Made by a program: the position numbers and the translations under genes. Shown piece by piece: positions 33,398 to 46,165 of a stretch of DNA of 64,000 bases. Position 1 is the stretch's first letter. Each line of letters starts with the position of its first letter. The notes under the pieces were generated by a model. That model worked only from the letters and a program-made list of their open reading frames with translations. It was not told the DNA's origin and ran no database searches. The DNA is from Selaginella moellendorffii (taxonomy: Eukaryota; Plantae; Lycopodiophyta), in contig NW_003314268.1 of NCBI RefSeq assembly GCF_000143415.4, forward strand, positions 2,248,494-2,312,493. The letters run 5' to 3'.

Positions 33398-36300
33398 GTT
33401 TTAATTGTCCCTGAGGAGTGTTAAGATTTGGGATTTTGATTTTGATTTAGCTTTTGAATTATCTAGATCTTTTTTTTCTTATTATTTTTCTTAATTTCTT
33501 TTGTGCTCTTTTTTTTTCATTCATCTTTATGGTAAAGCAGTAGCCTTCTCCTCTTTTGACTCTAGAGTAATAATTGGTGCACTTAATCAATGTTATGTGG
33601 TTGTAATTGAATAATCAGATTTAATTGATACCAACATTTATAGTGCATGGTACAACTTCTTTTTCTTTTGCTACCAATCCTCGCATTCAATTGGAGTTCT
33701 TTTGTAGGCATTTTGGGGATGACATGTACTATTGGTTCGATCACTTCACAGTGATTGCCATATATCATTCTAGGGATGATGCTCAACATTTGCATGAATT
33801 TCGACATGTTTCCAAGGGACGGCACTATAGTGGTATAATAGTTTGAGTGTAGCCATTTGTGAGAATTGAAATATTCTCCTAGACGTTTTCAAATGCGCAT
33901 TTGGACATGCCAATGATTGTGATAATGCCTTCTAACAATTGCATCATCTTCATCAAGGGCTATCTAAGTCAATGATGCAATTTGATATTCACTTTCGAAG
34001 CTTTGTGCAGAGTCAAATATGTCAAAGCAAATCAAGTTAGTTAACACTTCATTAAGATTTGGCAGGCTTGTGCATGCACTTGCTCCAACCACCATTGATA
34101 ATGCCTTTCGTTTGGCACAATGTTATGAGACATTGCATTTTCCACTTCTTGTTAGCTCCACTTCTTGTGGCAGAGCATATTAGACATAGTGCGACTTGTC
34201 CCCACCAAGAAAAGATCCCTTACTGTCATAAATAATATTAATGGGATAATTTCATTTCAATAGAGGTTGATGCTATTGTTGCCCAAGTTCAAGGATTAGG
34301 ATGAAGACGTCGCCATGGCCGTGATGTCCATTGCTAAGCATATGATGAAGTTAGTCACACTTATTGGTATTGTTGGTGTTTTCCGAATTAGTGACTTCCA
34401 TTTCCTAAATAGAGACTTTGGCATCAACAATGTCTCGTTAGTGTTGTTGCAGTGGAAGAAGAATCAAGCAAGTAATAAAGGGATTTTGCGTGAATAAATT
34501 AGTGACCCTTCCATCTTTCTTTTAGGAGTATTATCAAGAAGTTCACTCGACATTAATTCATTTAATATTTACTTTCCAAACTTATTTTTATACTGAGAGG
34601 TCTCTTATTATTCACTTTATGTTGATTGATACAGGCTTAAATTTATCTTTTATTGCTCAGCCTGTTACCATACGTTGCCGTCTATATTTGCATTGTGCGG
34701 CAGAGCCATTTCATTCTTTATGGTAATGGTTGTATACATGCATGTGCACAAGATAAGGCAGACATTATTGTGTGTGTAGGCAATATTAAGCTTAAGTTGC
34801 AGTTATTGCAAGTGGTGCCAAATTAAATTTTTGACCTCATCCTTAATATGGATTGGTTACGGCACAATGATGCCAAGTGTGACTTTAAAGTTTCTCCCCT
34901 TTATCTTATACTTTTTAATATTTTTTTCATTCCTTTCACTTTTATACTTTTTCATCCATTTACTTTTACTTTTGCTTCCATCACTTTTGTCTCTTTACTT
35001 CCTCCTAAATTTCTATCTTATTCCTATTTTTCTTTTTTCAATCCCTCCGATAGTCTTTGTGTTGTAGTAGTTGACCAGACTCATAAAGGAGTATGCTGAT
35101 CTTTTTGATTTTGACCTATTATCTGGGGCTAAAATTGCAATATATCATTTTATTCCAACTAGGGATGCTCATTTAATCAAGATTCTTATTTAGCGGAAGT
35201 CATCCAAAGAAATCAAGATTTTATATGCAAACATTAATGAAATGTTGCAAAAGGGAGTTATTTAGATGTTGTGGAGTCCTTGGGCATGTGAACCTTATTT
35301 TGTGGCGAAGCTTAATGAGAGTATTCGTTTTTGCATTAACTATTGTCTGTTAAATAAAGTAACGATCCCGAATGTGTACCCTTTTCCTCACACTATTGAT
35401 CTCTTGAATTGTCTGGGGAGAAGTCGTTAATTTACCAAGTTAAATCTTTCTTCTAGGTATTGGTAAATATTGATAGGCAAAAAAGATATTCTTAAAATTG
35501 TTTTTTATATACCATTTGGTTTGTACGAGTTTTTGGTGATGTTATTTAGTTTGAACAATGCTCCAACAGCGATGATGGATGAAGTTCTTTACGATATGCT
35601 ATAGGTGATTGCTAACTTTATTAATGATGTCTTAATCCACTTGGATGGGATATTGGAATAACACATTTGTGATATTTGTAAAATGTTAGATTGGCTACAG
35701 GAAGTTAGTTTAAAACTGAAGTGGTCGAAGTGTGTGTTTGAGTACTAAGAACATGACTTATCTTGGGTACCATATTTCTCGTGAGGGTTTGCAAGTTGAT
35801 CCTGACAAACTTTTAGCTGTTCTAATGTTCTTTACTTTGAAGTGTGTGAATGATTTATTACACTTCCTAGGTAAAATGCAGTATCTCAGTCATTTTGTTG
35901 ATCATCTTTTTTATTGCACTACACCGTTGCAAACATTGCTGAAGTTATCAATATCATCTTTCATCTGGTCTATAGACTGTGAGTGGGAGTTTACAGATCT
36001 CAAAGAGCTATTGACGACTCCTTCAATTTTAGCCTATACTCAACTTTTCATTTTGTTTGTGGATGCTTATGATATCAATCTTGGAGATTTTTTGATGCAA
36101 GAGAGCTTGAGTGTGTTTGGTTAGCGCTATCCCATTGTATATATCAACCATACATTACAATCAATAGAGGTGAATTACTCCACAACAAAGAAAAAGTGTT
36201 TAGCAGCATTTTGGGGTTTTAAGAAATTTCATGTATATCTACATTATTCTTGGACATTATTATAAGTTGATCATGCTATAATTACTTCATTATTGAAATA

Positions 36301-37927
36301 GAAGAACTTGGTTAGACGTACTATTTGGTGGGCTTTGAAACTTCAAATATATGATTTTGATGTTGTTCATCGCTTGGGAGTTCTATGGCTGATGTTGATG
36401 CCTTTTTTTGAACTTCTCTTCCTTTTTCACTCTCTCCTCATGTATTTTACAAACCTGTTGTTCCAACATTTATGGATTTTTTTGATAAAGATTCCATATC
36501 ATCAGTAGTTGCTATACTTGACGTTCAATGTCCACAAGGTGCAAAACAGGATTTACCTTCTCTTGACGAAGTTTGTGAGGCTTAAAAGATTTAGTTGTGG
36601 ATTCGAAGGCTTCATGATGGGTTTAAGAATTTTGCATCACTTACTGATGATTTGCCATTTTTGGCATTTACATTCTCAATATCACCTTAAGGATGGTCTT
36701 CTTTATTTTGTGGAGACAAATCCTAATAATCATTTACAGCTGATAGTGCTTTAAATCTTTATTCTATGCTTTCTCCATGTCTACTATGATTCTCCTATTC
36801 TAAGTGGGTATATGGGACAATATCGTGTGACCGAAAAGTTGTACAAGTCTTTTTATTAGCTAGAAATGCAATGTGATGTTATTCAATATGTGTGTAACTG
36901 CGTTTGGTGCTAAACTCATAATACTCCCTCTTGTGTTGCGAAAGAAAGGTTGAAGTTAATTGTAATTTTCTGTCCATTTGAGTTAGTGGTGTTTAATTTG
37001 ATGGGACCTTTTCCACGACCGACTATTGACAACGAGTATGTCATCATTGCTTTTAACTACTTGATTTGTTAGGTGGAAGTTAGTGTTTTTGCTTACGAGT
37101 TTGCAACTATTGTTGGATACTTCTTCCTCAATTGAGTGGTGTTTAAACATTCCTGTTTAGAGCAGATTCTTTCGGATAATAATCTTATATTTATGGTTAA
37201 GGCATTTCACGTTTGACATTTCAATTATACGCCACACTTTCACGAGTGCTTATCATACACAATTAAACGATTTGGTGGAATGACTTTTTTGGACCTTTAA
37301 AGGGATGATCGCAAAGTACATGAACTTTCAGTATTCGAATTGGGATAGTTATTTGCCGTCTCTTCAGTATGTATATGTCATAAGGCAAAGTTCTATTCAT
37401 GTTTCACCATATAAACTCTTATATGGTTATGATCCAGTACTACCAATGGAGTTTGATTTACCTTTATAATTGTTGCAAGCTGCCGACGCTAGGTCATGGG
37501 ATTAGTATTTGATGAGCATTCTTCCACTTGTCTGAGCAAAATTTGCCAAACACCTGGGCCATGTACAAGTGGGATAACAACAGTGCTACAACTCTTATTA
37601 TCATCCATCTATAAAGTATAAAGTGGATGACTTGATATTAGTTTATTTTCCCCATCTTACAGTATATTGTTTATTTAAAGGGCTCCTTACTTAGTGGAAA
37701 GGTCCATATCAAGTGTAGTGGCAAGTTGGACTATAAATTTATAAGGTTCAGCATGACATTTAACAAATTGATCCTCCAAAAATTGTGCATGTGCAATGCT
37801 TAAAACACTTTTTACAAAGGGATTAAGAACAATTAACATCATCTATAAATCCATCGATACCTCCTTTTAATGTTCTTCTAGATCCCGACCCATTCACAAG
37901 AGAACCCTGATAGTCTTTTATCATTCT

Positions 37928-37939
37928 GAGAGGAGAGGG
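37928..37939 (+). other. Polypurine tract
   Basis: gagaggagaggg just before the 3' LTR. Confidence 0.7.
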
Positions 37940-37942
37940 CAA

Positions 37943-38118
37943 TATAAGGTTCAAGTGTATAGTTACAATGCTGTATACTAATATTAGCATAATAGGATTT
38001 TGGTATCCATTGGATTGATTTCAATCTAAACCATATGTTCATGTATATAAGCTAGAATTTTTTGGCTAATTGATATGCACATTTCTTCTATTCTTTTTCC
38101 ATATTCCATGCACTCACA
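37943..38118 (+). repeat. 3' LTR
   Basis: Follows the PPT, ends ...cactcaCA, similar to the 5' LTR. Confidence 0.78.
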
Positions 38119-39760
38119 TTTATTTATTTATTTGCAATTATTTAAAAATATTAAAACTAAATTAGCATTTTTTCTAGTTTTTATGAGAAAAGAAAATTAA
38201 TGCTTAATTCTATATAAATAACACCTTTTTGAGGGATACAAAAATACAAATGGTTATTCAAAAAATTAAAATATAATAAATAACATATGCTGATACAACT
38301 ATAGTGTTTAGTGTTATTAATTCCTAAAAATACTTGAATAGATTATATTTTACTATTTCCCCTTGTCTACCCTTGAGATAATTTTTCAAAGTTGAAAAAT
38401 GCAAAGCAAAATAATTAAGAAAAGAAAATATGTAATGTACTTCTTAAAACAATTACAATATTTATTTTATATTCACAATTAATAATTTTATAGAATAATT
38501 TAAAGAAAAAATCTAGAAGGTTTTTAAAAATTAAAAATTAAAAAATTTATAATCATTTTTTGAAGGGAAGAAATATAACAAGTGCAATGAAAGTTTTTAA
38601 AAAGAATCATGATATGGAATAAGTAATTAATAAGGATAGTAGAGTCTTGATGTTGCCCCGTAAACATGGAAATTATTTTATTTCACTACAGTTTTTAAAG
38701 TTTTCATTTGAATAGTTTAAAAGTTTTTATATAGTTAAATATATTTATATTCATACTAAGTAAGAATAATAAATAAGTTATTTTATATTAAATAAAAACA
38801 TAAAAACATTAAATATTATTAATTTTTACTCTATATGATTACATTTTCAATAATTTTAATAAACTTATTAAATAAATTACAAATATAATTTTACTTGTTA
38901 GTTAAAAAGTGAGGGAAATAAATCTTCTAGATTTTAAAAAATCCTATTTTTTCTAGAGTTTTCTTGTATGAAATGTTTTTTGGAAAGTGTAAACTTTTAT
39001 AACTAAAGTCAAGGAAAATTATAAAGAGGCTAAATTATTTAGAAAATTTACATGATTTTACTTAATATTTTTGTACTAAAACATAAAAACTTTCATCTTT
39101 CATTTACTTTCTACTTGGGTTAACAAAACCTAATACTAAAAAGAAGTTGTCTAAAATTTAAAATTTAAAATATTTATATAATATGTCCCATGCAAATATT
39201 ATAATGCACTTTATTTGTTATAATAACAACAAAAATTGTGATTGTGTGAATATTCAAGTTTTTATGCAATTTAAAAAACATTAATTAACACATCTTTGAA
39301 TAAAAATTACTCCAATTGCTATATATAGGAGTGTTTTATAAACATGCAAAAGATTAAAGGAAAGGGTGGATTCACCCCAATTAAGTGTGATTACTTTGTA
39401 TGGGTGAAATTTATTCATACCATACCAAACAGATTGCCATGAACTCAAATCACAAATCCCTATCTTGTTGCATTTCGTTTTCATCCTTTTACGATCCCAA
39501 CATTGTTCCACTGTGTATCCAACTGCATGGAGTCATGGTGAGATCATCAATGACCTTTCTTGCTGGCTCCAAGGAATTCTCGAAATAAGATCAACACCAC
39601 CAGGATGAGGGCCACTCCAAGGATATCGTCATGCACCTTGCTTCTTCTGTGTATCCAGATTTACAATGCCTGCTGCGAGCAAACCCAAAGATGTGAGTGA
39701 CAGATTAATGCTTTAAAGATTTCTTATATACTATTATGTTTCCAAAACTTAACAACCCTT

Positions 39761-40528
39761 CTAGAAGCTCGAATGCTGCGCTTGCTCCAGAGCTTGCAGA
39801 ACTATTGCGGTCTGCTCGCTAATCTCCCTCGCTAGAATCTCTTGTACGATGCTCGAGACGCTGGTGCCACTGTCGCTGCTGCCGCCGCAGCCCATACCGC
39901 TCCTCTGCTTGAGCTTTGCAACCAGCAAACTCTGGACGGCGCTCGCACTCACCAGATCCCTCGAGCTTTGGGATGCGCTGTTGCCCCTCCACGGCTTCTT
40001 CGCCGAGAGGAGCTCCTCCTCGATGTACTCGACGCCGCCGAGCAAGCTTCTCGTCGGTGTATACGTCTGCCACGGACTTCCACAGCAGCCCCGGCCACAG
40101 TGGCTCGACAAATCCCCTCGGTACCATGCTGGAGACGTAGCACTGGACGCCGAAACTAGCCGCTCTTCTTCGGCGTCGTCCGCCTGAGTTCCATTGCTGG
40201 ACGCCACGAGAAAGTGATCCCCTGGAGCTGATCTGAAGGAGCCGAAGCCGCTGCCATAGCTGAGCATCTTGTCGCTAAACATGGCCACCTCTTCCAGCCC
40301 CTCGGTGTCTTCTAGTGACTGAGCACACCGCATTGCTTCCTCTTGGAGCTTGAGGGTGTCTTTGCGTGCTTGCTCCTTGGCGCCATCTTCGTCCTCGGAC
40401 AAATACTGGCCTTCGTCATAAGAGAAGAGTGTTGTGGTTCTGTCCATTTCTTGATCAGCTAGCTCGGTTTCCTGGGCCGGAAGTGTCGAGTTCCAGATGT
40501 TGGGCCTTGCACTAACTGGTATTACCAT
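39761..40528 (-). CDS. Uncharacterised protein (about 255 aa, single coding exon, probable 5' UTR intron)
   Basis: Long GC-rich ORF with protein-like composition; acceptor at about 40535 and donor at about 40843 upstream. No family recognised. Confidence 0.65.
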   Translation of the reverse strand: MVIPVSARPNIWNSTLPAQETELADQEMDRTTTLFSYDEGQYLSEDEDGAKEQARKDTLKLQEEAMRCAQSLEDTEGLEEVAMFSDKMLSYGSGFGSFRSAPGDHFLVASSNGTQADDAEEERLVSASSATSPAWYRGDLSSHCGRGCCGSPWQTYTPTRSLLGGVEYIEEELLSAKKPWRGNSASQSSRDLVSASAVQSLLVAKLKQRSGMGCGGSSDSGTSVSSIVQEILAREISEQTAIVLQALEQAQHSSF

Positions 40529-41118
40529 TCTCCCCTGTGAAAGAAACAAGAAACCTTAAGTGTTTGATGACAAGTACATAAAAACACAGAGAATTGTGGA
40601 CCCTCACGCCAAAAACGAGAAAGTTACATCCAGAATCATACGAACAGAAGAGAAATACTGGTTGAAACTGTCAAAGGAAGAGAAAAGCACAGAGACACGG
40701 AAAAAAAAACTCTATGAAAGTGGATAAGCAAAAGCAGAACAAAATGAAAGTAAAGCCACATTCTAAGAACGCTAAAGGAACAGGGTTTCAAAAATCCAGA
40801 GCAAGCAACAGCGCCGCTAGAAAACCTCAGAACTAGCGCTTACCTCACTGTTCTCGCCGATCAGTACCTCGAAATCCAACACATTCTTCCAGAATCACAA
40901 CACTTTGACCGAAAACGCTCGAATCCAGCAAATCGCTCGCTGCCGTCCCGCCTCCTGGGAGCCTGGATTCGCCGGCCCGCGCGCGAAATATTTGACCTAG
41001 CGCTCGCCTCAATTCCCAGCAATGCGATGTCCCCTGTATTGCTGGGATTTGAACGGCCACGATGCGCCACAGCATAAACTTCTATTTCTCCAGCGTTTTA
41101 GGGTTCTTTCCACAATGT

Positions 41119-43765
41119 GATGAGACGCTGCCGCTGGCGAGGGAAGGAGGGCAATGTGGTAACCGGTAAGCGCCATTTCGCGTCGGATGCGTCGATTCCT
41201 AGCTCTGGATGTGGATATTTTGATGGAGACGATCGCAAGAGGAGTTTAGAATCTCAGGTAGCTCGACTGGAGCAAGAGCCCGGGGCGGACAAGTCTCTCT
41301 ACGCCTCGCTGCTGCAATCCTGTAGGCTGCTGTCGATCGGGAGGCGGATCCATCGCCTGATCGCTCAGCGATGGCTGGGCGGCGATATTTTTCTCGCGAA
41401 TCATCTGGTAAACATGTACAGCAGGTGCCAGAGCGTCCAGGAAGCGGTCCAGGTCTTCGAGAAGATCTCTTGCAAGAACGTTTTCTCGTGGAATATCATG
41501 ATCACGGCTTACGTCTTCAATTCCCAGCCGGTGAAAGCTCTTCAGATTTTCAAGAGGATGGATCTGGAAGGAGTGAAGCCAAATGTTGTGACGTTTGTTG
41601 GAGCGGTGGGCGCTTGCTCGGGCATTGGAGAGCTGAGTGAAGGGAGAACGATTCACTCGCGAGTTCTTGCCGAAGTACGTCAACTTACTGTTGTTTTGAG
41701 CACCTCGCTAATCACCATGTATGGTAAATGCAGTGGCCTGGAGGATGCCCGGCGCGTCTTTGACGGGATGGAGAAGAGGAACGACGTCTCGTGGAACGCG
41801 ATGATCAGTGCTTACGCCCAGCAGGGGTGTGGAAGTGAGGCGCTGGAGCTGTTTTGGAGGATGGAGTTTGAGCCAACCGAAGTTACGCTCGTGAGTGCTC
41901 TCGACGCTTGTGCATGCGTGGGTGACTTAGCTCAAGGTAAGAGAATCCATTCTCGTATTACTAGCTCAAGTCTCTCACACATTGTCGACACTGCTCTTGT
42001 GAACATGTACGCGAAGTGTGGCAGCCTTGGCGATGCCCGGAGCGTTTTCGGCAGAATGGAGAAAGAGGATGTTGTCTCGTGGACAGCCATGATCGCGGCA
42101 TGTGTCCAGCACGGTGAGAGTCTGGATGCTCTGGAACTGTACTGGAGGATGGAACAGGAGGGGATCAAGCCGGACAAGATCGTGTTTGTCAGCCTTATCG
42201 ACGCTTGCTCTTGCCTGGGTGATCTCAGACAAGGCATGGGGGTGCATGAGAGGCTTCACGCCGGTGGATTCGACATAGACAACTCGATAGCAAGTGGGCT
42301 CGTCAACATGTACAGGAAGTGTGGAAGTCTGACTGGGGCAAGAAGCGTCTTTAACAAGATGGACCGGAACGACTTACTGTCCTGGAACGCTCTGATAGCC
42401 GGATATGCAGAACAGGGGGACAGTCACGAGGCTCTACAGGTTTTCAGGTGGATGGCTTGCGAAGGTGTGAAGCCCGATGGAGTCACTTTCAACAGCATCT
42501 TTGGTGCATTTTCATCGGCCAGGTTTCTTTGCGAGGGGAAAGCGGTCCATGCCCGGAGTGCTGCTTGCGGCATTGATGTCCAGACGGTGGGAATCTCGTT
42601 AGTTAAGATGTACGGCCAGTGCGGGAGCCTGGATGATGCAAAGGCTGTGTTTTACAAGCTAGCGAGCAAGGATGTAGTCGCCTGGAGTGCTCTCATAGGT
42701 GCACATACCCAGCATGGGCATGGCTTACAGGCGCTTCAACTTTACCAGGGGATGAAGGAAGAGGGTGTGAAGCCGAATGATATCACATTTATCACCCTGC
42801 TGGATGCCTGTGCGAGTACGGGGCAGCTATCCGCGGGCTTGGAGATTCATGCTGAGATTGTTGCTGCTGGACTCGAGTCCGTGGGTTTTGTGGCCACCGC
42901 TCTGGTCAACATGTATGGCAAATGTGGACAGCTCTCCACTGCCAGGGATATCTTTGACAGGATACAGCCACGAGACGTTGTTTCCTGCACGGCCATGATC
43001 TCCGCATATGTTCTTCATGCCTGTCACCGGGAAGCGCTAGAATTGTATTTCAGACTGGAGCCAGAAGGGATGAAGTCTGACAGGGTCACGTACTTGAGCG
43101 TTCTCGAGGCTTGTTCAAGCCTGACGGCTCTGGAACAGGGAAGGGCCGTTCATGCGAGCATCGTCTCTAGGGGCTTGGACTCTGATACGGGACTCAAAAA
43201 TTCGCTCATCAATTTATATGGCAAATGCGGGAGCCTGAAAGACGCAGAAAGCCTCTTTGACTGCATGCGCTGCAGAGACCTGGTCACCTGGAACAGCATG
43301 ATCACGACTTACTCACACCACGGCCGCGACGAGATCTCGCTCGAGGTGTTTATGCAGATGAAGCTGGATGGCATCCAGCCAAACGATGTCACGTTCGTCA
43401 GCATGCTCTTCGTTTGCAGCCACGCCGGGTTGTTTGAGGATGGCTGCAAGTGCTTTGGCTCCATCACCGCGGACTACTCCATGGAACTTACGGTGGACCA
43501 CTACAACTGCGTCATCGATCTGCTTGGCCGGGCAGGCAACCTGGACGAAGCTGAAAATCTCGTCGCCAACTTGCCCGAGCCTTGCTCAGTGGACTGGATG
43601 ACACTGCTGGGGGCGTGCAGGATCCACGGTGACGCTGATCGGGCACTGCGTACGGCCCAACGTGTCGCGGAGCTGGATCCTGACAGTTTGGCTGGAAAGG
43701 TGTTGCTATCAAACATCTATGCAACAGCACGAGATTGGGATGATAAAGGAGAAATCTTTACGTAA
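41119..43765 (+). CDS. PLS-class PPR protein with E domain (no DYW), intronless
   Basis: Repeated LVNMY.KCG.L.DA..VF / V.SWNAMI.AYAQ.G / G.KPN.VTF triplets. E domain WMTLLGACRIHGD...LLSNIYA then stop. Arg-rich presequence ending RHFAS. Confidence 0.95.
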
Positions 43766-44647
43766 ATCTAGCCAGGAGGGTGGGGGGAGGGGAGCCACGC
43801 ACGAGAGCTCAGGTACTGACGACGCAGTTTTTCGCTTTTCTAACCGAAAATGCGTCTCTTGTTGTAGGTGGAGAGGAACCACCGCTCCCGATTTTTAATT
43901 TCGCTCCCGGCTCAGCAGCCACGACAAGATGTTTGAGATGCTCTTTGTTTTGTATTTTTCTCGCGACTCACAAGGAGCAGTTGATCAGATCGGATCGGAC
44001 AGGAGACATACATTTGTGTCTTCAAATACAAAAGAAGGAAAGAGGTCCAAGGGGGGAGAGAGCAAAGCAGGAGCCAGCAGCGGCACAGCGGCCAGCTACT
44101 TTACTTGTTCGTTCATCCAATCTGGAAAGAGCAGCACCGCCATGGCCACCGGTCTCGAGTAATACTCAAGTAAACTTTGCTTCACTCTTTCTCGTCCTTG
44201 ACCCCGTTGCGTGTCTTTGTTAGGAGGCGATTCAACGCCTTGTAAAAATTCGGAATGGAAGACCTCGGAAGCGGTCTCTTTAAACACCAGTACATGCAGC
44301 ATCAGCAGCAGCGGCAGCGGCAGCAGTAGTGGTGGCAGGGGCAGAGTCATGTACGTACCCGGACCGACCGACTTATAACTGGACAGTTTTACGCAACCAT
44401 CGCTGTGAAGTAAGGAATTCAACGCTTCCGATTCAAGGAAAGGCTGATCCCGCTGTAAGAGGAAAAGAAAAACAAAACAACGATGGCAAGGAATCGACTC
44501 TTTTTAAGGTACACTGGCTCAAAGGTGGATGAAGGTAGGAGTATGACAACTCTTTTTCTTGCTTGCCTTGCTTCTCATCTTTTTTCTATACATCATGACG
44601 GCATTAGTATGTTACATGATTGCATCAATACATGGTCTCATCTAGGA

Positions 44648-44676
44648 GCTCTCTCTCTCTCTCTCTCTCTCTCTCT
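44648..44676. repeat. (CT)n microsatellite followed by a poly-T tract at about 44692-44707
   Basis: Direct reading of the sequence. Confidence 0.9.
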
Positions 44677-44770
44677 AGTCTAACAAGACGGTTTTTTTTT
44701 TTTTTTTGCTCTTTTGGTTTCTTCTTTTTTTTCCAGTTTTCCTCTTGCAGCAGTGGCTGGTGTGAGTAGT

Positions 44771-46165
44771 TTAGGAGCAACGAGGGTGGAACTGTACCCA
44801 TTCGAAACGACCAGACAGGGGAACGTCGTTGAAAACATCAAAATTGTACCTGCGTTGCGGAGAGCAAGCACGCACGTCAAGCACAACCGAACACGTAAAC
44901 AGAAAAGAACCAAGTAAGAGCGGCAGCCAGGCAACAGAAAATGGGGGGGGGGGCGAGCTTACTTGTCTACAAAACGCTTGCTGCTGTCATCCTTCTCCTC
45001 CACTCCCGCAAAGAACTCCTCGATCTCGTCGCGGGTCGGGGCGCTGGCTGCCACACGGTGACGCCATGCTGGGCCGCAATCAGCACCCGAGCGTGGCCTC
45101 CTCGCCGTAAGCCTGGAACCGGACGAACAAGGCTGCGGCTTTAATTCCACGACACTGGCCGGTACCGAAGCGCCATCTTGGCAAGAGACGCTCGACGTTT
45201 GGCTACAGAGAAAAGACGAGAAAACACCGCGAAAACTTTGAGAACCGAAAGAACCAACCGCGAGTAAAGCGAAAACAAAACAAAAAAACTTACGAGCTGG
45301 TGGCATACCTCGCAAATAAGACAATGGTGTTGTCACCGCAGCAACTGGAGGGCTCTACCTGCGAAATTAAAGCTCCCGTGAGACACACATACACAGCCTC
45401 GATCAGGAGAGAAAAAAACAAACGATCGAATTGACAGGCAAGCCTTCGCTCATCAATTGGCTCGTTTCTCCCGGCCTTGTCAAACAAACCAAGGAAAGAA
45501 AGCAACGCAAGCAAAGCAAAGCAAATCACCGGAGAAGAGGAACCACGAAACAAAACTCCAAGAACGAGAGAGAGAGAGAGAGAGAGAGAGCTCACCTCTT
45601 TGGTGGTGATGGTGGTGCTCGCTTCCGGGGTGCTGTTGTCCACCAACGAGCTGCTGCGAAGATCGATTGCCTCGGCCGCTTCTTCCACTCGAGGATGATC
45701 CATCAAAGTCGCTGTTTTGTCGTACGAGAAAGACGCCGAATTGCTCCGGGAATGAGCCACGCCAATTGGAACGATCCTGCTCCTCAGGCATGAATCGCTG
45801 TGGGACTCCCGCAAGTGTGGCGAGGAATTGGAGCTAGATCTCTTCGCCCGCCCGAGCTCTTCGTCTTCTTCTTCTTCTTCGTCTTCTTCTTCCTCGACGA
45901 CCACCATAGCTTTGCGACTTTCCTGGACAGAGGAACTGTCCACCGTCATCGTTGGCTCCTCGCAAGGATCGTGGAGTTCTTCTTTCTGCGAATTCTCTTG
46001 ATCCGGCCGTGGATTCCATGCCTCCTGGCCACCGGAGTCGTCCTCTTTCTTCATGGAGCTCACGGATTTGCAAGCGGCACTCTTCGTAGCGCGAGTTCTC
46101 ACTCCCAGGCACCCCTCGAGCACTGCAACGTCGGCCCTTCTCCGCTTGCGCAAGAATTTTCCCAT
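44771..46165 (-). CDS. KRP: Cyclin-dependent kinase inhibitor (ICK/KRP family)
   Basis: MGKFLRK and LGVRTRA N-terminal motifs; C-terminal PTRDEIEEFFAGVE...RFVDK|YNFDVFNDVPLSGRFEWV. Confidence 0.93.
45566..45590. repeat. (GA)n microsatellite at the start of KRP intron 1
   Basis: Direct reading of the sequence. Confidence 0.9.

Larger units (their letters stand above)
33181..38118 (+). mobile_element. Degenerate Ty3/gypsy LTR retrotransposon with both LTRs
   Basis: RT (SPW...IRFCINY.LLNKVT..N.YPFP, FGLYEF.VM.FSL.NAP), RNase H and integrase (PFELV..NLMGPFP, WKGPYQV) in gypsy order at about 35100-37820, with many stops and frameshifts. Paired LTRs, PBS and PPT present. Confidence 0.9.

Noticed and set aside
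33176-38123. Target-site duplication of the LTR element
   Set aside because: Flanks (tttta / tttat) match only imperfectly in AT-rich DNA, and the LTR start is uncertain.
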